A stretch of DNA of 64,000 bases, taken from NCBI GenBank assembly GCA_965228475.1, contig OZ245817.1, positions 3,616,001-3,680,000 of the forward strand, written 5' to 3'. Within the stretch, counting starts at the first letter, position 1. Every line of letters starts with the position of its first letter. Under the pieces are notes generated by a model. That model saw only the letters and a program-made list of their open reading frames with translations. It made no database searches and was not told where the DNA came from. The translations under genes and the position numbers were made by a program. Positions 55,626 to 64,000 of this stretch are shown piece by piece. The stretch is from Myxococcota bacterium (GTDB taxonomy: Bacteria > Myxococcota_A > UBA9160 > JAFDDA01).

Positions 55626-56915
55626 ATGAGCGAATCTGCCACGACCCCGGAGTTCCCTTCCCTGGGCCAGGCCGGCACGGACCCCTACTCCGTCCCTCTC
55701 GAGAAGATCGACATGTCGGACTCGGAGATCTTCGAGACCGACGAGATCTGGGGCTACTTCGAGCGGCTCCGCAAGGAGGACCCGATCCACTACTGCGCCG
55801 AGAGCGAGTTCGGCCCGTTCTGGTCCGTGACGAAGTTCGACGACATCGTCACGGTCGAGAAGGACCCCGAGACCTTCTCCTCGGCCGTGAGCATCGTCGT
55901 GGGAGACCCCGACCCGGACTTCCCGATCGAAGCCGGCTTCATCACGATGGACGGACCGAAGCACATCGCCCACCGGAAGACGGTCCAGCCCGTGGTGGCT
56001 CCCCGCAACCTGAAGCGCCTCGAACCCCTGATCCGCGAGCGCGTCATCGAGATTCTCGACGGCCTGCCCGTGGGCGAGACCTTCGACTGGGTGGACCGCG
56101 TCTCGATCGAGCTCACCACCGGCATGCTCGCGACCCTCTTCGATTTCCCCTACGAAGAGCGGCGCAAGCTCACCTTCTGGAGCGACATGGCGACGGCGAG
56201 CCCCATGCAGGTGGGCGCGACCGGCCACACCGAAGAAGAGCGCCGCGGCGCCCTGCTCCAGTGCCTCGCCGAGTTCCAGGAGCTCTGGAAGCAGCGGGAA
56301 GGCTCCCCGGCGGAAGGGGACTTCGTGGCGGCCCTGGCCAACGGCGCCGCCACCAAGGACATGCCGCCGCTCGAGTACCTCGGCACCCTCATCCTGCTGA
56401 TCGTCGGCGGCAACGACACGACGCGCAATTCGATCAGCGGCGGCGTCCTGGCCCTGAACGAGAACCCCACCGAGTATCAGAAGCTGCGCGACGACCCGAG
56501 CCTCATCCCGAACATGGTGAGCGAGATCATCCGCTGGCAGACGCCGCTCGCCCACATGCGCCGCACCGCCACGCGCGACACCGAGCTCGGCGGCAAGCAG
56601 ATCAAGAAGGGCGACAAGGTCGTCATGTGGTACGTCTCGGCCAACCGCGACGAAACCGCCATCGAGAACGCCAACCAGTTCCTGATCGACCGCGCGGACG
56701 CGAAGCGCCACCTCTCCTTCGGATGGGGCGTGCATTTCTGCGTCGGCAGCCGGCTCGCGGAGATGCAGCTTCGCATCCTCTGGGAGGAGATCATGGCGCG
56801 CTACGAGAAGGTCGAGGTCGTGGGGGAACCCGTGCGGGTGCGCTCGAACTTCGTCAAGGGCTTCGAGAGCATGCAGGTCCGCCTGCACCCGTGGCCCGAA
56901 GGCTCGAAGCGCTAG
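55626..56915 (+). CDS. Cytochrome P450, CYP153-like terminal hydroxylase
   Basis: FWSVTKFDDI, LIVGGNDTTRNS, EIIRWQTPLAHMRRTA, heme motif FGWGVHFCVG. Confidence 0.92.
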   Translation: MSESATTPEFPSLGQAGTDPYSVPLEKIDMSDSEIFETDEIWGYFERLRKEDPIHYCAESEFGPFWSVTKFDDIVTVEKDPETFSSAVSIVVGDPDPDFPIEAGFITMDGPKHIAHRKTVQPVVAPRNLKRLEPLIRERVIEILDGLPVGETFDWVDRVSIELTTGMLATLFDFPYEERRKLTFWSDMATASPMQVGATGHTEEERRGALLQCLAEFQELWKQREGSPAEGDFVAALANGAATKDMPPLEYLGTLILLIVGGNDTTRNSISGGVLALNENPTEYQKLRDDPSLIPNMVSEIIRWQTPLAHMRRTATRDTELGGKQIKKGDKVVMWYVSANRDETAIENANQFLIDRADAKRHLSFGWGVHFCVGSRLAEMQLRILWEEIMARYEKVEVVGEPVRVRSNFVKGFESMQVRLHPWPEGSKR

Positions 56916-56918
56916 CCG

Positions 56919-57671
56919 ATGGCCTCTGCAGCCCCGCACCCTCCGAAGGGACGGATCCGCCCGCTCGTCGCACTCCGCGCGATCGCGGATCAACTGCGCG
57001 ACAACGAGGACACCGCAGCCGGCGCCCGCTTCGTCTACGCCCTCCAGGGCCCGGTGACGGAGCGCGTCTTCCAGCGGTTCCGGAGGGACCCGGACGGCGC
57101 GCGGATCCTCGCCGAGAGGCGTTCGATCCGAGAGACCCTCGAGGATCGCGAGGCGCTGCGCGCGCTTCCGGAGGGAACCCTCGGCCGCGAGTACGTCGAG
57201 TTCATGGATGCAGAGGGGATCAGCCTGACCGGCTTGCACGAAGCCATCGCCGAGCCGGCGCGGGAGATCCTCGGCGAGATGGACGAGGAGCGGCAGCTCG
57301 TGCTCGACCGCATCACGGATCTCCACGACCTCTGGCACGTCGCCACGGGCTACTCCCGCGATCTCGTCGGCGAGTTCGCGCTGCTTGCGCTCGGCTACGA
57401 GCAGCTCGGGAACCCCGCCTACCGGCTCTCGCTCTTCGCGGTCCGTCCGCTCTGCGCCCTCCAGGCGCCGGGCGCCAACGCGCTCATCGACGACGCCCGC
57501 CGGCGCGGGCGCGAGGCCCGGTGGCTTCCGACCCAGGATTGGGAGAGCTACCTCGCGCTTCCGATCGAAGAGGCCCGGGAGCGCCTCGGCCTGGGCCCGC
57601 CGCCCCCCTACACCCGCTACTTCCGCGTGGGCAACCGTCTTCGGCCCGAGCGCCACGACGAGGCCGCGTAG
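56919..57671 (+). CDS. Coq4 family protein
   Basis: LRALPEGTLGREY and HDLWHVATGYSRDLVGE (HDxxH-x11-E). Confidence 0.88.
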   Translation: MASAAPHPPKGRIRPLVALRAIADQLRDNEDTAAGARFVYALQGPVTERVFQRFRRDPDGARILAERRSIRETLEDREALRALPEGTLGREYVEFMDAEGISLTGLHEAIAEPAREILGEMDEERQLVLDRITDLHDLWHVATGYSRDLVGEFALLALGYEQLGNPAYRLSLFAVRPLCALQAPGANALIDDARRRGREARWLPTQDWESYLALPIEEARERLGLGPPPPYTRYFRVGNRLRPERHDEAA

Positions 57672-57721
57672 CCTCGACGGGACGGCTTCCATCCACTCCA
57701 ACCATGAAGGGGAGTCCCGAC

Positions 57722-58552
57722 GTGGACGTCTGGCAAGACAAGAGCGCAGTCATCACGGGGGGCGGATCCGGCATCGGGAAGGCCCTCGGTGCCGCGCTCG
57801 CGGGACGCGGGGCACGGGTCTGGCTGAGCGACGTGGACGGCGATGCGGCCGCGGCCGCCGCCGCGGAGATCGGCCACGGTGCCGCATCGGCCGCCCTCGA
57901 CGTAACGGATGCGGAGGCCGTGAAGCGCCACGTCGAAGACGTCGCGCGCAGCCACGGGCGGATCGACGCCGTCTTCAACAATGCGGGGATCGGCGTCGTG
58001 GGAGATCTCCGCGAGCTGAACCTCGACCACTTCGACCGCTCGATCGACGTCAACATCCGCGGCGTGGTGCACGGCATCCTTGCGGCGTTCCCACTCATGA
58101 AGGGACAGGGCGGGGGCATCATCGTCAACACGGCATCCGCGGCGGGGCTCCTTCCCCTCCCGCTGATGGCGCCCTACTGCATGAGCAAGCACGCCGTCGT
58201 CGGCCTCTCGAACTCCCTGCGGCCCGAGGCGGCGCGGCACGGCGTACGGATCAACGTGCTCTGCCCGACGGCGATCGAAACGCCGCTCCTCGAGACCGAC
58301 GTCTCCCGTGAGCTCGGCGCCGCGTGGCGGCCGGACCTTCGCGCATACCTCACGGAGGTCGGCGGCCCGCCCTACCCCGTCGACCGCTTCGTCGACTACG
58401 CCCTCGAGCAGATCGAGAGGGACCGCGGCGTCATCGTCGCGCCGCGCGGGGCGCGGATCCGGCTCGCCTTCAACCGGCTTTTCCCGTCCGTCGTCGAACG
58501 CATGTCGAAGAAGGCCTACCTCGGCATGCTCGCGACGCGGCCGAAGGACTGA
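57722..58552 (+). CDS. SDR family oxidoreductase
   Basis: TGGGSGIG, FNNAGI, YCMSK; GTG 57722 (alternative ATG 57704). Confidence 0.92.
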   Translation: MDVWQDKSAVITGGGSGIGKALGAALAGRGARVWLSDVDGDAAAAAAAEIGHGAASAALDVTDAEAVKRHVEDVARSHGRIDAVFNNAGIGVVGDLRELNLDHFDRSIDVNIRGVVHGILAAFPLMKGQGGGIIVNTASAAGLLPLPLMAPYCMSKHAVVGLSNSLRPEAARHGVRINVLCPTAIETPLLETDVSRELGAAWRPDLRAYLTEVGGPPYPVDRFVDYALEQIERDRGVIVAPRGARIRLAFNRLFPSVVERMSKKAYLGMLATRPKD

Positions 58553-58559
58553 GACGGCT

Positions 58560-59378
58560 TCACTCGAGCCCGAAGACCCGCTCGGCGTTTCCGGCCAGGA
58601 AAGCCGACTGGACGTCCGCCTCGAGCCCGAGGTCCGCGAGACCGGCGAGGGCCTTCTTGGGCGGGATCATCGGGAAGTTCGTTCCGAACAGGACCTTGTT
58701 CCTGCCGTTCGTCTTCAGGTAGTCGACGAGCGCGGCCGGGTAGCGCCGCACGGTGTAGGCGGACGTGTCGATGTAGAAGTTCTCGTGCTTCGTCGCGACC
58801 GCGATGGCTTCGTCGGTCCACGGGTATCCGATGTGGCCCCCGACGACCACGAGCTCCGGGAAGTCGAGGCAGACCTGGTCGAGGTAGATCGGCCGCCCGA
58901 CCTCGGAGGGCATGAGCGGGCCCGTGTGACCGATCTGCGTGCAGAACGGGACGCCGAGTTCGCAGCAGGCGACGTACACGGGGTAGAAGCGGCGATCGGT
59001 CGGCGGCGCTTCCCATAGCCAGGGGAGGACGCGGATCGCCTTGAAGCCGAGCTCCTCCACGCAGCGGCGGATCTCGGCGACCGCGGCCATCGGCTTCGAG
59101 AGATCGACCGAGCCGACGCCGGCCAGCCGGCCGGGTGCTTCGGCCACGAAGGACGCGACCTCGTCGTTCGAGATCATCACGTTCCGCGGCCCGTACCAGG
59201 CGCTGAGCAGCGTGGTCGAGACGCCGCCGTCGTCCATCGCCTGGAGCGTCAGCGAGAGCGGGATTTCTTGCACGGACTCTTCCGCCGCGCTCCGGTTCCA
59301 TCGCTTCAGCGAATCGAAGATGGGGTCGTTCCAGTGTCGCGGCGTCGGATGCTGGGCCCAGGCGTCGATGATCTTCAT
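58560..59378 (-). CDS. Amidohydrolase_2 family protein
   Basis: IIDAWAQH, QIGHTGP, VGGHIGYPW, DTSAY, VLFGTNFP. Confidence 0.9.
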   Translation of the reverse strand: MKIIDAWAQHPTPRHWNDPIFDSLKRWNRSAAEESVQEIPLSLTLQAMDDGGVSTTLLSAWYGPRNVMISNDEVASFVAEAPGRLAGVGSVDLSKPMAAVAEIRRCVEELGFKAIRVLPWLWEAPPTDRRFYPVYVACCELGVPFCTQIGHTGPLMPSEVGRPIYLDQVCLDFPELVVVGGHIGYPWTDEAIAVATKHENFYIDTSAYTVRRYPAALVDYLKTNGRNKVLFGTNFPMIPPKKALAGLADLGLEADVQSAFLAGNAERVFGLE

Positions 59379-59404
59379 TGGCTCCCCCGCACGGAGCCCT
59401 ACTT

Positions 59405-61060
59405 CTAGCCCGAGTAGCGGTGTCCCGCGATCTCGACGCCATCCGCGGCGAGCCGGGCGGCGGCCTTCTCTGCGAGCGGGGCGACCTGGAGCTTCTGGTT
59501 TCCGGTGTACTCGACCTCGCTCTCGTCGAACAGAAGAACGAGCCGCGGAACCTTGTACGCCGCGAGGCCGTCCTTCAGGAACGCCCGCAGCGCCTCCGCA
59601 TCGAGGTCGGCCCCCTCGACCGGCACCGCGCACAGCACGACCGCCTCCCCGAGCGTCGGGTGGGGAACGCCGATGGCGGCGCTCACGTGGACGCCGGGGA
59701 AGCGGAGCGCACGCGCCTCGATCTCGAGGGGCGAGACGTTCGCACCGCCGGTCTTGATCAGGTTCGAGAGGCGTCCCGTCCAGTGCAGGTAGCCGGCTTC
59801 GTCGATCGTGCCGGCGTCCTGGGTGCGGAAGAAGCCGTTTTCGTCGAGGAAGTCCTCCGGGTCGGCCTTGTAGTAGCCCCGCATGAAGGTGCGGCCCTTC
59901 ACGGCGATCTCGCCGTGGGCGCCGACGGGAAGTGACTCGCCGGTGTCCGGGTCGACGATGCGGATCTGCATCCCGGGGAGCGGCTTCCCGTGGGTCGGCT
60001 TGCGAATCTCGGCGGGGGTCGCGGCGGGGAGCGCCGAACAGATCGTGAACGTCTCGGAGAGGCCATAGCTCGCGTAGGTGCTGTACTCGTCCTTCTCGAG
60101 CCCGACGAGCGGCGCGAGCGGCGAGCTGAACTCGATCTTGCGCGCGCTCGAGAGGTCGCGCGTCTTCGCATCGGGATGCTCGGCCATCTCTTTCTCCTGG
60201 TGCGGCCAGGCATGGATCACCGTCGCGCGCTCGGCTTCGATGCGCGCGAGGGCCCGGCCGGCGTCGAGGGCCTCGTCGGTGAGCACCACGGCGCCGGCCG
60301 CGAGACCCGCGCCCAGGGACATGCAGATCCCGGCGGTCCAGAAGAACGGGAAGACGGTGTAGACGACGTCGTCGGAGGAGAGGCCCATCAGCTCCGCGAA
60401 TCGCCAGCTCTGGACGACGGGCGCGCGCTGCATGTGGAGGACGCCCTTCGGGAGCGACGTCGTGCCCGACGTGTAGATGATCATGGCATCGTCGCTCGGC
60501 GCGATGCCCGCTGCGATGGCGTCGAGCCGCGCCTCGGGGACGTCCGCGCCGAGCGCCAGGAGTGCCTCCCAGGGTTCGAGCGGGAGCGGCCCGCCCCCTC
60601 CGGCGACGAACACGCACCGGAGCTGCGGAAGCGACCCGATCGTCTCGAGGAGCTCGTCGCCGAGGTCGCGTCCAAGGAGCTGCCGCTGCATCAGGAGGAC
60701 CGCCACGTCGCCGTGATCGAGGACGTGATCGCGCTCTTCCTGTTTGGCGAAGGTGTTCACCGGGACCAGCACGCCCCCGGCGAGCGCGACGGCGAACGCC
60801 GCGACGGCCCAGTCGGGCCCGTTCGCCATCCAGAGACCGACCCGCGTCCCCTTGCCGACGCCCGCACCGAGGAGACCCCGCGCGAGACGCCGCGCCTCGT
60901 CGCGCAGCCCCGCGTAGCTGAGCTCCCGCTCGGGCGAGCGGATCGCCGGGCGGGCGCCATGGCGGGCGGCCACGTCGTCGAGGAAGCGGGCGAGGGTCTG
61001 TTGGTCCCGCGCGGGCTCGAGACGCCACTCGCTCACACCGTTCCGGGAGGCACCGCTCAT
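59405..61060 (-). CDS. Acyl-CoA ligase (class I adenylate-forming)
   Basis: IIYTSGTTSLPKG, SYGLSE, FRTQD, KTGGANVSPLEIE; ATGA overlap. Confidence 0.92.
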   Translation of the reverse strand: MSGASRNGVSEWRLEPARDQQTLARFLDDVAARHGARPAIRSPERELSYAGLRDEARRLARGLLGAGVGKGTRVGLWMANGPDWAVAAFAVALAGGVLVPVNTFAKQEERDHVLDHGDVAVLLMQRQLLGRDLGDELLETIGSLPQLRCVFVAGGGGPLPLEPWEALLALGADVPEARLDAIAAGIAPSDDAMIIYTSGTTSLPKGVLHMQRAPVVQSWRFAELMGLSSDDVVYTVFPFFWTAGICMSLGAGLAAGAVVLTDEALDAGRALARIEAERATVIHAWPHQEKEMAEHPDAKTRDLSSARKIEFSSPLAPLVGLEKDEYSTYASYGLSETFTICSALPAATPAEIRKPTHGKPLPGMQIRIVDPDTGESLPVGAHGEIAVKGRTFMRGYYKADPEDFLDENGFFRTQDAGTIDEAGYLHWTGRLSNLIKTGGANVSPLEIEARALRFPGVHVSAAIGVPHPTLGEAVVLCAVPVEGADLDAEALRAFLKDGLAAYKVPRLVLLFDESEVEYTGNQKLQVAPLAEKAAARLAADGVEIAGHRYSG

Positions 61061-62253
61061 GCCGGCGCCGGAAGCGTCTCGGTCGGCAGCAGGAGCTCGG
61101 CCTGCCCCGCCGCCATGACCTGCTCCTTCTGGTTCGTCATGGTCACCTTCACCGCCGCCACGGGCTGGCCGCTCGGATGGTCGTGGGAGACCCCGGTGAC
61201 CTCGCCGTCGAGGAAAGTGACGTCGCCGGTGAAGGCGGGCGAGCGGTAGGACATGTTGCTGTGGAGCACCTCGCCCCACTCGCCGACCCAGTTGCCGAGG
61301 TAGTCGAGGATCCAGGCGCCCATGCTCGCCCCGTAGCCGTAGCCGCGCGGCAGCCCGATCAGCTGGGCGTAGCGGTCCTGGACATGGCCGCGCGACGGCC
61401 CCTTGTAGAGGCCGTCGGCCTGGGACGGGTCGAGCTTCGCCGCTTCGCGGTCGCGATCCATCTCGGGGAGCCAGCCGGCGCGCCAGAGCGAGCTGGGCCC
61501 GCCGCTGTCCTCGAAGGCGCCCCACACCGTCATCAGGTAGGAGCGCCACTCCGTGGTGAAGCTTGCCACCGTGTGCGGCCCGATCACGCGCTGGGGCAGC
61601 GCATCGCCCTCCTTCACGAACAGGCGCCGGTCGTGGCCGAGGTCGCGGATCGACTGGATGTACTCGAACTGGCGCTTCTCGAGGTCCGCGAGGTCGGCAT
61701 CGCTCCACTCGGGCGCCTCGTCCTGCATGAAGAGCGCCTTCTGGCGGGCCTCGTCGGCGCGGTAGCGGACCGAGGTGCTCCTCTGCTTCGCGACCACCAT
61801 ACCCTGCTGGTTGATGTAGGTCGTGTCGCCGCGCGAGAACATGGTCGGCCCGGCGAACTTCGTGTCCGAGACCTTGTAGTCGAAGAGCATGCGGTCCTGG
61901 CGAATGCGGTCGCCGGCGCGGATGCGCTGGCCGTAGAACCACCACTCGTCGCCGCCGAAGATCATGTGGGTCCCGGGGATCGTTCCCTGGATCGCCGGCG
62001 CCGCGCCGTGGCTGTCGTCCGTGCAGACCGAAAAGGACTGCTGGGCGACGATCTCCCCGAAACGCCCCTCGGCGGCGTATTCGTCGTCGTAGTAGAGCGG
62101 GTTCGGGTTCTGCATGCCCTGGGCCCAGCGGCGGACGTCGTTCACGTGGACGTCGTCGCGCATGTGGGCGCCGCCCAGGGGCACCCCGATCCAGCGGTCG
62201 ACGTCGCTCGTGTCGAAATCCGGGAAGCGCTTCTTGACGTCCTCCCACCTCAT
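61057..62253 (-). CDS. Tandem MaoC-like (double hotdog) dehydratase
   Basis: DVRRWAQGMQNPNPLYYD..FGGDEWWF and GPSRGH..YGYGASMG..SPAFTGD; ATGA overlap. Confidence 0.8.
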   Translation of the reverse strand: MRWEDVKKRFPDFDTSDVDRWIGVPLGGAHMRDDVHVNDVRRWAQGMQNPNPLYYDDEYAAEGRFGEIVAQQSFSVCTDDSHGAAPAIQGTIPGTHMIFGGDEWWFYGQRIRAGDRIRQDRMLFDYKVSDTKFAGPTMFSRGDTTYINQQGMVVAKQRSTSVRYRADEARQKALFMQDEAPEWSDADLADLEKRQFEYIQSIRDLGHDRRLFVKEGDALPQRVIGPHTVASFTTEWRSYLMTVWGAFEDSGGPSSLWRAGWLPEMDRDREAAKLDPSQADGLYKGPSRGHVQDRYAQLIGLPRGYGYGASMGAWILDYLGNWVGEWGEVLHSNMSYRSPAFTGDVTFLDGEVTGVSHDHPSGQPVAAVKVTMTNQKEQVMAAGQAELLLPTETLPAPA

Positions 62254-63389
62254 TCCGGGACGTCCAGGGCCTGGGGGAGCCCGTAGAGGTCGACCATGTT
62301 CCCGACGAGGATCTGGTAGCGCTCGCGCGCGGGCACGCCGTCGAGCAGCTCGCCGACCACCTTGCGGCTGTAGGGCCAGTCGTTGCCGTGGTGCGGGTAG
62401 TCCGTGCTCCAGGCCATGTTGGCGACGCCGACGTCGTAGCGGTTCTTGATGCCGATGCGGTCGTGGATGAAGGTGCAGCACCAGTTCGAGTGGAAGTACT
62501 CGCTCGGCAGCCGTTGGATTGCAATTCCGGTGTGGGCGCGGTTGCGCCAGTAGAAGTTGTCGAGCTGCTCGAGGCAGGCCGGGATCCAGCCGACGTCCGT
62601 TTCGACGCCGAGGAACTTGAGCTTCGGAAAACGATCGTGCACCCCGCCCATGATGATCTCGCACATCACCTCCGGGAAGAGCGACATGCCGGCCAGCGCC
62701 ATGTTGGCGATCGCGCCCGGCCCCTCGAGCGCCCCCGTGGATTGCCGGCTCGGCCGCACGATGCGGATGTGGATGCTGACGGGCATCTCGAGCTCTTCCG
62801 CGACGGCGAAGAACCGGTCGTCCTCGGGCCCGAGCGTGTCGCCGCCGTTCGGCCAGGCGGTGATGATGCAGCCGCGCATGCCCTTTTCCTTGCAGCGGCG
62901 AAGCTCGGCGATGGCCTCCTCGACGCCGAGGTTCGGCATCTGGGCCAGGCCGAAGAGCCGCTCGTGGTCGCCCGCCGCGAACTCGTCGTGGATCCAATCG
63001 TTGTAGGCCTGGACGCCGGCCCGGTGGAAGTCGACGTCCTGGTTCCCCATGAAGTGGTACATGGTCCGCTGGGAGGGATAGAGGAACTCGGCGTCGACGC
63101 CGTCGAAGTCCATGTCCTCGAGCCGCGCCTTTCCGTCGAAACAGCCCTTGCGGATCGTCTCGTAGGTGTACCCGCGCCACTTGATGTCCTCGTACCGCAT
63201 GCCGGGCGTCGCCACGAGACCGAGGTACATGAGCGGCTTGCCTTCGCCGAAGAACCAGGCGTCGCCGCCCTCCTCGTCCTTCACGAGCTTCGGCGCGCGC
63301 TCGTGGTACTGCTTCGGCAGCCACGTTTCCCAGATGTGGGGCGGCTCCACGGTGTGGCAGTCCGCGTCGATCAGCCGGTACTCGCGCAT
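62250..63389 (-). CDS. Amidohydrolase_2 family protein
   Basis: IDADCHTVEP, LYPS, AYNDW, PVSIH, HDRFPKL, WSTDYPH. Confidence 0.92.
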   Translation of the reverse strand: MREYRLIDADCHTVEPPHIWETWLPKQYHERAPKLVKDEEGGDAWFFGEGKPLMYLGLVATPGMRYEDIKWRGYTYETIRKGCFDGKARLEDMDFDGVDAEFLYPSQRTMYHFMGNQDVDFHRAGVQAYNDWIHDEFAAGDHERLFGLAQMPNLGVEEAIAELRRCKEKGMRGCIITAWPNGGDTLGPEDDRFFAVAEELEMPVSIHIRIVRPSRQSTGALEGPGAIANMALAGMSLFPEVMCEIIMGGVHDRFPKLKFLGVETDVGWIPACLEQLDNFYWRNRAHTGIAIQRLPSEYFHSNWCCTFIHDRIGIKNRYDVGVANMAWSTDYPHHGNDWPYSRKVVGELLDGVPARERYQILVGNMVDLYGLPQALDVPE

Positions 63390-63430
63390 GGGGTCTCTCC
63401 TCGAGACGCCCTGCGGCGGGCCGCAGGGCG

Positions 63431-63453
63431 GAATCTGACGGTGTGTCAGATTC
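63431..63453. promoter_or_regulatory. TCTGAC-N5-GTCAGA operator, copy 4
   Basis: GAATCTGAC-GGTGT-GTCAGATTC; overlaps a minus-strand TAGAAT -10 (63455-63450). Confidence 0.8.
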
Positions 63454-63485
63454 TATCCCAGGGCCTCGGAGAAAGGGAACCCCGT

Positions 63486-63506
63486 CCCGGCCCGGCGCGG
63501 GCCGGG
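63486..63506 (-). terminator. GC hairpin downstream of the HupE/UreJ gene
   Basis: CCCGGCCCG-N3-CGGGCCGGG; weak T content downstream. Confidence 0.35.
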
Positions 63507-63541
63507 GAGGAAGAACCGGAACGATTCCGACGGCTTCGGCC

Positions 63542-64000
63542 CTAGGGGTGGGCCAGAGCCGCGACCGTTCGCTCGATCGCCCAGTAGCCGGCCAGGCCGC
63601 CTAGACCGTACGCCGCGGCGTGGGCGCGCCAGGCGGAGGGAACCGCCTGCGCGGGCCCGCGCAGGGCCCGGGCCGCGGCCAGGGCCACGGCCACCAGCCC
63701 GAGCTGGCCGAGTTCGATGCCGAGATTGAACGCGACGAGCGCCGTCACGATCTCCCCGCGCGGCAGGCCGATTTCGGAGAGCGCGCCGGCGAACCCCAGG
63801 CCGTGGAGCAACCCGAACGCCCACGCCATCCGCCAGGGCCGTTCGCGGAAGCCCGCGAAGGATCGCCCTTCGCGCGGCACCAGCTCGACGGCCAGCGCGA
63901 GGAGCGTCGCGGCGATGGCCACCTCGGCCCAGCGCGAGGGTACGGGCGAATGGCCGAGTGCCGCGATCGAGAGCGTCACGCTGTGCCCGAGCGTGAAGGC
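63542..64000 (-). CDS. HupE/UreJ family membrane protein, 5' partial
   Basis: AFTLGHSVTL, FGLLHGLGFA, AFNLGIELGQL; frame open to the window edge. Confidence 0.88.
   Translation of the reverse strand, partial: AFTLGHSVTLSIAALGHSPVPSRWAEVAIAATLLALAVELVPREGRSFAGFRERPWRMAWAFGLLHGLGFAGALSEIGLPRGEIVTALVAFNLGIELGQLGLVAVALAAARALRGPAQAVPSAWRAHAAAYGLGGLAGYWAIERTVAALAHP

Noticed and set aside
1..64000. Very frequent TCGA/CTCGAG words
   Set aside because: Explained by CTC/GTC/ATC followed by GAG/GAC codon usage; not a repeat family.
1..64000. CRISPR arrays, tRNA/rRNA genes, IS elements, prophage or reverse transcriptase
   Set aside because: No regular repeat-spacer pattern, cloverleaf or relevant protein motif seen; intergenic gaps are short.

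Overview
A gene-dense, very GC-rich bacterial segment with about 57 CDS and no rRNA, tRNA, CRISPR, transposase or integrase. An outer-membrane beta-barrel gene implies a diderm; gene content would fit a Myxococcota/Binatia-like organism, which is inference only. Most genes are lipid/steroid-type catabolic enzymes: 3 thiolase-fold proteins plus a DUF35 partner, 2 crotonases, 4 acyl-CoA ligases, 3 cytochromes P450 (one CYP153-like), a KshA/Neverland-like Rieske oxygenase, 2 acyl-CoA dehydrogenases, a family III CoA-transferase pair, MaoC/hotdog dehydratases, 3 amidohydrolases and 3 SDRs. Regulators are 4 TetRs, a LuxR-type protein and a hybrid kinase. Highlights: (1) a 1279-aa four-domain fusion (FGGY kinase + D-2-hydroxyacid dehydrogenase + SCP2 + class II aldolase) inside a coupled TetR-P450-fusion-CoA ligase operon that is followed by a hybrid kinase with a degenerate ATP site; (2) a palindrome TCTGAC-N5-GTCAGA found at four promoters across 30 kb, including that of the TetR at 32211-32870, defining a candidate regulon; (3) a TPR/beta-barrel - FecR - CHASE2 adenylate cyclase - tandem cNMP protein signalling cassette; (4) a solitary AT-richer type IIG restriction-modification gene with a hairpin-rich upstream region; (5) two genes that appear to start at CTG through CTGA overlaps. 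Many starts were re-called from the over-extended ORF track. All functional calls come from motif recognition, not database searches.
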